DNA of 64,000 bases from NCBI GenBank assembly GCA_026025075.1, contig JAPEUI010000006.1, positions 62,001 to 126,000 on the forward strand, written 5' to 3'. The notes under the pieces are model-generated. The model was given only the letters and a program-made list of their open reading frames with translations, had not been told where the DNA came from and made no database searches. Positions 11,847 to 22,143 of this stretch are shown one piece after another (positions within the stretch are counted from its first letter, which is position 1; each line of letters opens with the position of its first letter). The DNA comes from Vezdaea acicularis. Its lineage: Eukaryota. A program made the position numbers and the translations under genes.

Positions 11847-13063
11847 ATGTCTTCCGAAAGATTCAACTACTTCCCTTATCGATTACCCACTATCCCCGGC
11901 GACTATTATTATATCGAACCACCTGCGGAGGAACCGGTCCCGCGTGTGGGCAGGCTGCTCCTGTCAAGCAAGGCGGCGGTTACTGGTGTCGTCAGCTGGT
12001 TTCGGTACCAGTGGGGACGCACCGGCAGCAGTAACCGCTACCTCCACCCTCCTAGCCCCCGTTGGGATATTGAGGCGGCTGGCTGGGCTCCGCAAGCCAG
12101 CCGTGAAACATCCCATGAGTACCATGGGATGTGGACAATATCTAGGAGGGCGGACAGGACAAACAGCTCCGACGAGGTCGAGCTGAGGGGGGCCTGCCCC
12201 ACGTACAAGAAGTACCGGAGGCCGGAGTACTTCAAGGTCGTCGTAAGTCCTCACACTTCTCTCCACTTTTGACAAACCTAGCTGATACATAATTGCAGCG
12301 AGGCCAACTCCGGCCGATCCGCGACCTCGAGCGACTTGTGGCCGCGTTGCCGGACGTGAGATACCCGCGGCAACCGCAACCCCACGACGACGAGATGACA
12401 CTGGAGCTGATCAGAGTATGTGCCCTTTCTTCCATCTAAACCTGTCTTAAAGCTGACGGCTCATCGTAGCGGGGCTGTACGTCGCCCCTCGAACCGGTCG
12501 TCACCCGCGAGCAAGCCTGCTGCCCTCCAGCAGCAGAGATCCGCGCGGTGATGAAAGCGCACCGACTGCGAAACTCGGAAACCAGGTTAGACGGCGACAC
12601 AGAAGAACTCGCTCTTTGGAGCAACCCTCATCTCTCTCGTCAACAGATAAGAGAGAACTTTCGGGAGGACGCGCGAGCAAGTCGTGATTCCGCCTATGAG
12701 TTTGAGCTCTTAGGCGGTAATTACGGCAAGGGTCCCACAAGATGGCGTCTATTTCTCAATAGGCGCCGTTGGGACCCGATGCCGGCGATCAAAACTTTCG
12801 TCTGTATGGTGTTGAGGATCTTCTGGTGCGTCTTCGCCTGTTTTCCGAGGAGTGCCCAGTGGAGAGATTGGTGGCAGAGTATCGGCGGACCTTCACGGTT
12901 GCGCAAAGACATGATATACTCGAAAGCCGCCACCATCCTCCACTCAGGCTACGCGTCGATGTCCAATATATCCGGTTTCGAAATATTTCAGACGATCGCT
13001 ATCAGTGTCATGTCGTTCGTGGTCGAGGTCATTGGGTCGCTCGTTGGCGCAGTTGGTAGATAG
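11847..13063 (+). CDS. Orphan 3-exon protein (~368 aa), Arg/Trp-rich with hydrophobic C-terminal segments
   Basis: Exons 11847-12242, 12299-12415 and 12470-13063 join in frame across canonical phase-0 introns (GTAAGT..CTGAT..CAG; GTATGT..CTGAC..TAG). Upstream TATA box. No family recognised. Confidence 0.7.
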
Positions 13064-13411
13064 AGAGCCGGTTTTAACCAATCTTTTAATTTTTTTTTTC
13101 TATTTAGCGTTTTATTTAGCATATACTTGGTCCAAGCCATAGATAGAGGGGCCGCTTCAATCAAACCTGGAGTTCTCCTTCCTAGCGTCCAAACAATCGC
13201 GCCTTGATGTTGACCCCCTTTTCACATGTTGAGAGACTCCGACCTTGTGAAGTCCCACCGGACATTTGTTGGGATCTCACTGGCTAGCTGCCTATATAAG
13301 TAGCCAGCACGTTCACCCAAAGCCCCTTATTTGACTGTGCCTATGCAGTTAGCTTTCATAACCTCCTCACCTAGAACCCGGAATAGCCCCTACCAAGTCA
13401 CCTACTCCTCA

Positions 13412-13618
13412 ATGGTTAGACTAATCTTCCTCCTCTGCTCGGCGCTTTGTCTTCTCCCAGGCCTCGCCATCGCCTTTCCCTTACCTTTCTCGGGGTGGTT
13501 CAATGCCCTGGTCACCGACTCAAGTGCTGGCCACGACTGTAAATTCGGACACGATGAGGCGAAGAACAGTTGTGCGCTTATCAGGATGAACCCGAAGGAA
13601 GAGATGATAGACGATTAG
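13412..13618 (+). CDS. Small secreted 2-Cys peptide, copy 1 (68 aa)
   Basis: ATG 13412; hydrophobic signal peptide ending AIA; TATATAA at 13293; reading frame conserved in the paralog. Confidence 0.7.
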   Translation: MVRLIFLLCSALCLLPGLAIAFPLPFSGWFNALVTDSSAGHDCKFGHDEAKNSCALIRMNPKEEMIDD

Positions 13619-13882
13619 ATTTGAAGGGTGGTGAATGCAATGGCAGAGTTCAACTATGTCATAATTATTCCGCCTTAATGTTGACCCACTTCTAACATGT
13701 TGAGAGACTCCGACCTTGTGAAGTCCCACCGGACGTTTGTTGGGATCTCACTGGCTAGCTACCTATATAAGTAGCCAGCGCGTTCACCTAAAGCCCCTTG
13801 TTTGACTGTGCCTATGCAGTTAGCTTTCATAACCTCCCCATCTAGAACTCGGAATAACATCTACCAAGTCACCCACTTTTCA

Positions 13883-14089
13883 ATGGTTAAATTAATCTTC
13901 CTCCTCTACTCAGCGCTTTGTTTTCTCCCAGGCCTCGCCATCGCCTTTCCCTTACCTTTCTCGGGGTGGTTCAATGCCCTGGTCACCGACTCAAGTGCTG
14001 GCCACGACTGTACATTCGGACACGATGAGGCGAAGAACAGTTGTGTGGTTTTCGCGTCGGACTCAATAGAAGATATAATAAACGATTAG
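13883..14089 (+). CDS. Small secreted 2-Cys peptide, copy 2 (68 aa)
   Basis: ATG 13883; same length, signal peptide and Cys pair as copy 1; TATATAA at 13764. Confidence 0.7.
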   Translation: MVKLIFLLYSALCFLPGLAIAFPLPFSGWFNALVTDSSAGHDCTFGHDEAKNSCVVFASDSIEDIIND

Positions 14090-14228
14090 CTTTGAAGGAT
14101 GGTGAATGCGGCGGAGGATTTCAACTATGTCATGGGCAGAGCAGCGCGCGGAATGTCTTTGTGGAGCTGGCTGTGGGCACGGTCGAAAAGTCTTTTCCTG
14201 GTCTTGAATGTGGGGTGGCAGTGTTTGA

Positions 14229-14324
14229 TGGAGCGAGCTTGACGAACATGTGAATATTCTCTTGGTTCGGTGGTGGAGTGAGCTTGACGAAAGTCTGAAC
14301 ATTCCCTTGGTTCGGTGGTGGAGC
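14229..14324. repeat. 45-bp tandem repeat (2 copies)
   Basis: GAGCTTGACGAA...TGAA.ATTC.CTTGGTTCGGTGGTGGAG at 14235 and 14280. Confidence 0.85.
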
Positions 14325-14514
14325 AGCCAAGGAAATCACCTATGTACTCATAACAGTCAATGAGTTCAGACAGACAACGTTTGCATCTTGAGCTACTTAG
14401 TTACAGTACCGTCCTGGTACAGCGAGCAAGCGCGGCTATAGTGCCATTTAGCCCAGCCACAATTCAAAGGGAAGAATCACAAAATGAAATAAGCGAGCGG
14501 GACCTCGGAAGCGC

Positions 14515-17500
14515 TTAGAAAGATGGGCTCGTCATGCGTCCTAGACCTGGCTGAAATGGCCTCGCTCCGAACGCCATCTGCCCTTGGATCGGACTCCCTA
14601 TCTCGCCTGGAGCAGCAGCAGCCCCACCCATACGCCCGCCGACTGCACCGTCATGTCGTACTGTCCATTGACTCGGATCGGCGTTTGTCATATCGACAGT
14701 GAACAAGCCACCGCCGTTCGCTTGATCTCCCTCGGTGTCGCAGATATCGATCATCTCCTTCATTCCAACTAGCTGTAGATCCTTTGGTCGCACATTGTTG
14801 ACCTCCTGTAGGATGGCGTTGACATTGTGTTCCACTATCCGATGACGAGCTGTGAGCCTTCTACAGGCGTCGACTGTAAGGATGCGGACCATGCGCGCGC
14901 GAGAAGCATGCGAGTAGGGAGTAGGAGGAGGCTGCATTGGCCAGCCGGTGTGGCGATCTTGAGAATGGGCTATACCGTATATTAGTAAGGTAGACAAGTG
15001 TAACAAGGTAAGCCTTACGCAAGGAGTTGTTCCACGTATTGCCGCCCAGCATATTGGAGCTGCCGAACGGTATTGAAGATGTGCCCCATGCACTGCCACT
15101 ACCAGGCGTATTTAGACCAAATCCGTCCATCTTGCCCACTGTATCAGGGAAGAGAGGCGAGCCCCCAAACCCGCGTGCGGTGCGGAGAGTGTTGCTCCCT
15201 CTCCGGCTTCCTAGAGGCTGAGGATTAAATGGTTCGTCAGTATCATCAAGGAGAGCGCTACTACCAAGATGATGGCTGAGATCATCGACCTCCGGCCTAG
15301 TCCCTGCCGTGCCGCGATTCTGTGGGGTGACACTCGACGGTCGTTGGATTGGAGCAGGTCGAGCTATTGGTTGGGTCGGAGGTGCAGTCGTTGCGACAAC
15401 GGACAAGTTCTCGAAGCTTGACTTATTGAGAGACTGTTGGCGAGAGTGAGAGTGAGTAGGCATCGTCATTCCGTATGGTTGCATGTTATTCGGCATCCCG
15501 GCATGTGGATTCATGGGCTGTTGGCCAGGTCCGTGCATCCCGTCCAGATATGCCCCACGGTTCTGCGGCGTTTGTCTGGCAGAATTGAGCGCCGGGGCCA
15601 TTGGCATCCCGTTAGGGCCGCCGTATGGACGTTGCTGCATCTGCTGATGGCTGTAGGTAGGAGCTGGGCCCAAGGCCATCGAGGCTACTGGTGGTTGACC
15701 CGCAGGCATCCCATTGATCCTGAGCGCCGAAAGGTCCGGGAGTCCACCTTGAGGAGCCTTGAACATCGGTGTAGGTTCCGGCAGCCCAAGACCTTGCTCT
15801 TGCTGTTGCTGTTGCTGCGGGTGGGCATGACCCTTGCCAGGTGGTCCTATGGGGCCCAGATTGACAGTTGGTTGAGCTCCGATGGCTGGAGAGGCCGAGC
15901 TTCTCAGGCCTTGCGTGACCTGCGGGGTCCGTGGCGACGAGCTTGCGGACTCCTGCTGCGAGGCCTGGCGGGGACGGACGGGCGTCGGGGCTTTGGGAAT
16001 TGCCGGTAGGGCAATAGCCGGGTGAGGCGAGGCGGCCGCCGGAGGGTGCAGGCCGGGAGGGGCAGGCGCGGTTGGCGGCTGTCGCTTGGCGCTCGCTTGT
16101 TCCTCCTTCCTCATGCGCTCGCGCGTGTCCTTCTCGGACTTCGCCCGCAGCTCGCGCTCCTTCCGCTCCCGAGCCTCCCTCTCCTTCGCCTCCCGCTCCT
16201 CCCGCTCCTTCTTCTTTGTCTCCTCTCGCCTCTTCCTCTCGCGTTCCTTCTGCTCGCGCTGTTTGCGCTCGACCTCAGCTTGCCGCTCGCGCTCCTCCTG
16301 CATTCGGCGTGCCCGCTCGGCTTCCTTCCTCTGCTTCTCCTCCTCGGCCGCTTTCTTCTCGGCCTCGCGCTTCTTTCGCTGCTCATCCTTCTTCTGCCTC
16401 AGCTCTTCTGCTTTTTTCTCCTCGATGGCCTTGGCCGCCGCTTCCTCCGCCGCTTTCTCGGCTTCTCGGCGCGCCCTTTCTTCTTCCTTGGCTTGCTTCT
16501 GTTGTTTCTTCTTATCTTTCTTCTTCTGAGCTTCTCTTGCTTTCTTGAGCTCACGTTGGACGTCGAGCTTTGACTCTTCCTCCAGTTCCTCGAGTAGCTT
16601 TGCCTGTCGTTCTTGAGCCACTTTCTCTCGATACGCCGAGAGCACGCGTTGTTCGAACATGCGGGCTGCAAATATTTGGAACATCCTTCGGCCCTCCTCC
16701 ATTCTTTGCTCTTCAGTCATGGACTCCTTCTTGACGTTAGTTATGATCTCGTGGCCCGAGCATGAGACAACTTACCATTTCTTCGTCGTCGTACTCCTCT
16801 TCTTCTTGGCTGTCATACTCGTCCTCTTCATCATCCTCGTACTCTTCGTCGTCGGGAGGGGGAGGATGGTTATGGCCCGCATGCGAATGCATACCCATCG
16901 AAGGATGACCTAGTCCGTGTGCCGCCATCTGAGCCTCTTCTTCGCGCTGCATTCGACGCTCTGCCAGCTGCTCCATCATCTCTATGAATTTCTTGCCATC
17001 ATTCTTGAGAAGGTCATCAGCCACAGTCAAAATGCCGCCTGATCAAGTAAGGTTAGTAACAGTAGTATATCTTGCGAGAAATCATTCACGGACCTTGCAC
17101 CGTGAGACTGTTCCCGAAGTTGAAGAAGTCGGCAGCAGGGCCATTAGGCTCTTCGTCAGGCTCCTCATCGCTGTAAGGCTCATCTTCTTCTTCATAGCTG
17201 TCATCATAGCTCTCTCCGTCCTCAAACTCATCTTCATCGCCCAGTTCCTCCATGATCCGTCCTTTAGACGCATGAGGTGGGCCACCTCCAAGAGGATACG
17301 CACCGTCAGACGTATACGGGCCAGGGGGACCAAGCTTTGTAGGAGGTAATGATAAAGGTGTGCCATCTTCCAATCGCGGTTGCTGATGATTGGCGTATTG
17401 TTCTAGTTCTTCATAGTAAGCATCATAAAGCACCTCTAATTCCTCTTCGATTGCTGTCCTCTTCCGTCCGCAAACGGTGCAGCTACAGGAATGCTTCTGC

Positions 17501-18420
17501 TGCTCCTTCATTTTACGAAGTACAGCTTCTTTCTCTACTTTTACAAGTGAACGACGTTCCTCTTCACCCAACTGGAGCCAGAACTCCTTGATATTTTCCC
17601 TCTCTTGAGCAGTGGACGTGTTCCATATACGGTCCTTAGAAATTCCAGTACTATGACCAGGATGAGAATTTTTGGGTAGTATAGTGGAGGGCGGAGGTGG
17701 AGGTGGTATTTGAGATGCAGATGGAGTTGAAAGAGCAGTTGAGCTTGCTGCTTGTAGATCTATATATGAGTTGTTCAAGTCACTCTTGCCTTTCTTTTTC
17801 TTCTTAGATTTCCTTTTGGTGGGGCCTGCAGATGGCGTATAGCTTGAAGTGGCTTGACCGTTTGCAGGGAAGCGAGGATCATAATATGAGTCTCGGTATT
17901 CATCATCACTATAAGACAGATCTTGTTCATCAAAGTCTGGGTCTGCATAGTCTGCCTCTTGCTGGGCTGCGAGTGAAGCTTCAGACTCATGATATTGCGT
18001 GCCATGATGGAGGTGAACATGCCCATTGCTCGCCGGACCATTGTATTGATCCCCAGGGAGTGGGTGTCGCTCGGCTGCCGCCCTAGCTGCTTGCTTCTGG
18101 CGCCGTTTCTGCTTCTTCCTATTGACCGTGCTTGCGATCGCACCATTTGTGCTGCTGCCAACAACACCGGGAGTGTTACCACCAATCATCCCATGGTTGA
18201 TACCAGCCATATCTGAAGCCTTCGTGCCTTGGCCTATGTTTGTGCTTACGCTCTGAGGCCCACTCTGAGGCATCAGATCGTGTGTAGAAGTTGATTCGCT
18301 TCCTATGGACGGTTTTCGAACAGTTATGAACTTTGAACCATCCTTGTTGGAATATTTCGCTGTAGACTTGGGTATCGGCGAAGGATTTGATGTGATGGAT
18401 GACCGGTCACTTCGGGGCAT
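14515..18420 (-). CDS. NST1: Stress response protein Nst1
   Basis: [116 protein letters not shown], long E/K/R coiled coil, C-terminal ICDTEGD..NGGG. Three introns. Start codon uncertain. Confidence 0.92.
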
Positions 18421-19743
18421 GCCGCTTTTGAGAGTTGTTCGGAAAAGGTTGAAGTGAGAGGTAATAAGGTATGTTCTAGAAAGGAATGTATTAGCTATGT
18501 AGCGTTGAAGGTAGAAAACACCAGATCTGAACAAGCATAATGCCAGTAATTTCCCGACAGCTACAAAAACTATACGGAGCAGATGGTAAGTCTAGACTTA
18601 GGCTGAGTCTAGTTTTGTCGCCCTCATCACCTCGATTACATGAGCTAGATGTAGCGTACACTTCACTCTCCTTTAGGAGGATGGAGCAGGATGAAAACAG
18701 TCCGAGGATCCGACTATACGCAAATAGAACGAGCCTAGTGGACAAATATAGCACCTACGTAGAGATTTTGTTGAAGTCGCAGTTTTTCGAATGCTTTTCT
18801 ACAGCCCCTCCAGAGCGCGGTACTTGAGCAAGCAACTTCAAACCAACGACTTCGTAGGCCCCGCAGCGTCTGGTATCGCAAAAGCTCGGAGAGACAGGGC
18901 AGTAGAGTATAGACCACAGTGGCTCTGATTTAATTCCTTGGTGTCTGGTGACCAATGATAGTTGTCCAGGTTGGACTAATCGAGTCTACTCGTCTTCGGT
19001 GACAACTAAAAGCGAAGGTGGTTCTTGCGGGCGACGTCGAAACGATGCACGCTTTGACGTTAGACGAAGCCTGATTGGCTCACTAGCCGTGCATCTGCAA
19101 CTTAATAACGGTTTGGGTCCACTCCCTTCCATAGTATTTGATTCGGAAGACACAGCCTAACAGTATGTCTCTCTTAGGTAGCACGGGCCTCAGTTTTCTC
19201 CACTGTCCATCAGATAATCATCAACACGAGCTTTACCTCTAAATACGCTGGCTCAGCCGCAATCTGAGAAGCTAAGCGGTCGTTGACAGGGAGCAAGCTC
19301 TCGTTTGCCGAACCTGATTGGCAACTAATTTCTTGCTCTACCTTTGCGCTGTCATATAAAAGCCCTCGCGCTGCCACTCATCAACCCTTCCTCCTACGTC
19401 CATCACCTTTCGTCGACCTCCGGCTTTCCTTAGGTCTCCAGCGTGCGCTCTCCCCATCACCCTAAGCCTTCTCGGACGGAATTGTTGAGGATTATACACA
19501 TATCGCCTAAGCTAATCGTAACATCCGCAAGGCCCACGCGGCTTTTCTCTCCGCCTTACCTTCTCCGCCTCACCACGACCCTTTCCATCCTTCTCGCTCG
19601 GATACCAGAGCGACCTCCCGGAAGTCCACAGTTCTCTAGACATCTCTCTGCTACCTCGACCTTATTTTGCCCAACAAACCATACCCCGCATCTGAGCAGG
19701 AATATTTGCCAATAATTAGCGGTGTGAGAGGAGGTGCGGAACA

Positions 19744-21053
19744 ATGGCTCAACAACCGCAGAATGTAATGCGAAGGTACGCCGGACTGACTATTACATGC
19801 TATAATGCTTGCGATTTCAATCCTGTTTCAGTTACGTTTCCCCCCAGCCTCTATCAGTATCCACCGGACTCCAATGGAAGCCACAGTGTCCGGCGCCTCC
19901 AACAACTCAACCATGCTTCAACTTAGCCGGAAAGCTGGCATGCCTTTTAATATTTTCCTGATCATCTGTGAAGTGACGCTCCTAGTGTCCGTCGTTTCCC
20001 ATTAATTTTCACCTCTTTGGACGTTGTCAATGATGGCACCCGGTAATACCTCTTAGAATGCTGTGCAACTAGGAACCCGGCTGCATAGAACCGTCTTGAC
20101 TATCAAAGTCGGGGCTTAAGAGTGGGGCTCCTCAGCTGCATCACTGATGTATCCTCCATTTTTCCTTATGAGTTCGACGATTACCTCTTCTACGAACGGA
20201 TTTTGGCTTCTTCCAGCTCGTGTCTTCTGCTGCTGCCATACCTTTCGACTCCCCTATGACCGTCCTGATTATTTCAGCGCAAACTTTCTCAGGTTGATTG
20301 ATTTAATAATATGAGGATATAGGAAGCTCGTGATAATAGGAGATGGTGCTTGCGGCAAGACGAGTCTACTGAGTGTCTTCACATTGGGTTACTTTCCAAC
20401 AGTAAGCTATCCTCGCACTGCTGGAAGTTTGAAGCTGATCGGACGTCATAGCATTACGTGAGCCGTCCCTGCACATGAAGCGGTCTCGATGAAAGTCTCG
20501 TTGATATTCAATTAGGTCCCAACAGTATTCGAAAATTATGTGACAGATTGTAGGGTCGATGGTAGATCGGTACAACTGGCGTTATGGGACACGGCGGGCC
20601 AAGAAGACTACGAACGATTACGACCTCTCGCATACTCGAAGGCTCATGTTATCTTAATTGGCTTTTCTATTGACACTCCTGACTCTCTAGATAACGTACG
20701 GCATAAGGTACATTCGGGCGTTTCCTATCCAGCAAGTTGACTATACTAATCTAATCTGCTAGTGGGTCGAAGAAGCCAACGAGCGTTGTCCAAATGTCCC
20801 AATCCTTCTTGTCGGACTCAAAAAGGACCTCAGAGAGGATCCTGTCGCTATTGAGGAAATGCGCAAGAAATCACTGCACTTCATAACATCCAAGGACGGC
20901 CACGAAATGGCACAGCAGGTTGGTGCAAGGAGATATCTAGAATGTTCATCGTTGACGGGAGAGGGTGTCGATGACGTTTTCGAAGCGGCAACCAGGTCAG
21001 CTTTGTTAAACATCGAAGAGGGAAACGGGAAGCACTGCTGCGTGATCTTATGA
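19744..21053 (+). CDS. RHO2: Rho-family GTPase Rho2
   Basis: [47 protein letters not shown]...[17 protein letters not shown]...CCVIL (CAAX). Five exons including a 6-nt microexon. Confidence 0.96.
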
Positions 21054-21130
21054 AGCTACCGCTATAGCTTCTTCCTTCGGCCCGTTTACCATGGGGAATC
21101 TAAAGGTCGTAGTGCTCCACCATACTTCTC

Positions 21131-21833
21131 TCACCGCGTCCACGCTGTATCCCAACCCTTCTTACCCGGCCAATCCACCATAGTTCTTCCGTACTCCCTT
21201 GGGACCTCCCCCCAAACACCCCTTTTGACCATCGCAACCCTGTAAAGTCTTCCCACATCTACATCCTGCTGGTTGCCGTCCTTGTCGGCACCAACTTCCA
21301 CAGTTCCTGCCTTCTGTCCTATTAAACCAACCTTCTTTTCTTGCTGCGCTATCCCCAGAAGTCTCAGTTCCTCACACGCAGCCCGCATAGCGTTGTACTG
21401 CCGCTCGAGGTCTAGTTCGCGCTCACGGCGCAGTCGATGGCTGTGCAGGTTCCATGCGCGATGGATAGTCCAGTGTCGCAGACTGCGGGTCCGAGAAAGG
21501 CGGAGGGGACGAGGGGTTAGTCGAAGAGGGTGGGAGAGGTGATAACGGAGAAGTTCTGATATTAATTGGCTTTTGTAAGCAGGAGATCCAGATGAGATTT
21601 AGGATGTGCGGCGAATTAGACTAGAACATACTTATACGTTTATCTACTGGTGGGCCGCGGCCTTTGACTTTGGCGTGTGTCCGTGCTGTGGTAGAGAAAG
21701 TGAAGATTGGGACGCGAGGTTGAGTTCGCAGGGTACGGCATGCATATGGTAAAGGGCGCATCGTAGTAAGTGAAAGAGATTGGAAGGTGGATGAGAGCAT
21801 AGAGCGCATGTAAGGTGACCGAAATTGCGGCAT
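21131..21833 (-). CDS. MRPL28: Mitochondrial large ribosomal subunit protein mL40 (MRPL28-like)
   Basis: Presequence, then DKRI|KLLRYHL..TPRPLRLSRTRSLRHWTIHRAW...LERQYNAMRAACEEL...GRLYRVAM. One intron. Start codon approximate. Confidence 0.8.
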
Positions 21834-22143
21834 CGTTGTATCTCGAGATGAGGCTCTTACAGATGCAGAAGTCTTGAGGTATGAGGTGGTGCTCGCAAGA
21901 AATTTGTCTAGGACTCGGCAAACCTAGTTCCTTTGGGACCGATCTTCAAGCGACACGCATTCTGGCAATACTACCCCTGTTTAGAGCGGATGAAGTGTAA
22001 TAATGGAGAGTCAACGGTAGAATTCTCGCTATGCAAGAAGGATACTCGCACGTGGCAAGCTTAGTCCTAGACGCCAGACCTGTCCTCTATACAGCCTTAA
22101 GATCATCAAGTAAAACGCCTGAAAGACAGACTTCATAGTCTGG

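Larger units (their letters stand above)
13200..14133. repeat. 471-bp tandem gene duplication (promoter, CDS and 3' flank)
   Basis: CGCCTT(G/A)ATGTTGACCC begins at 13200 and 13671; both units end in TCAACTATGTCAT. Confidence 0.95.

Noticed and set aside
15437..16573. Long plus-strand ORFs with Leu/Ser/Arg repeats
   Set aside because: They are antisense shadows of the NST1 coiled-coil and Pro-rich coding region.
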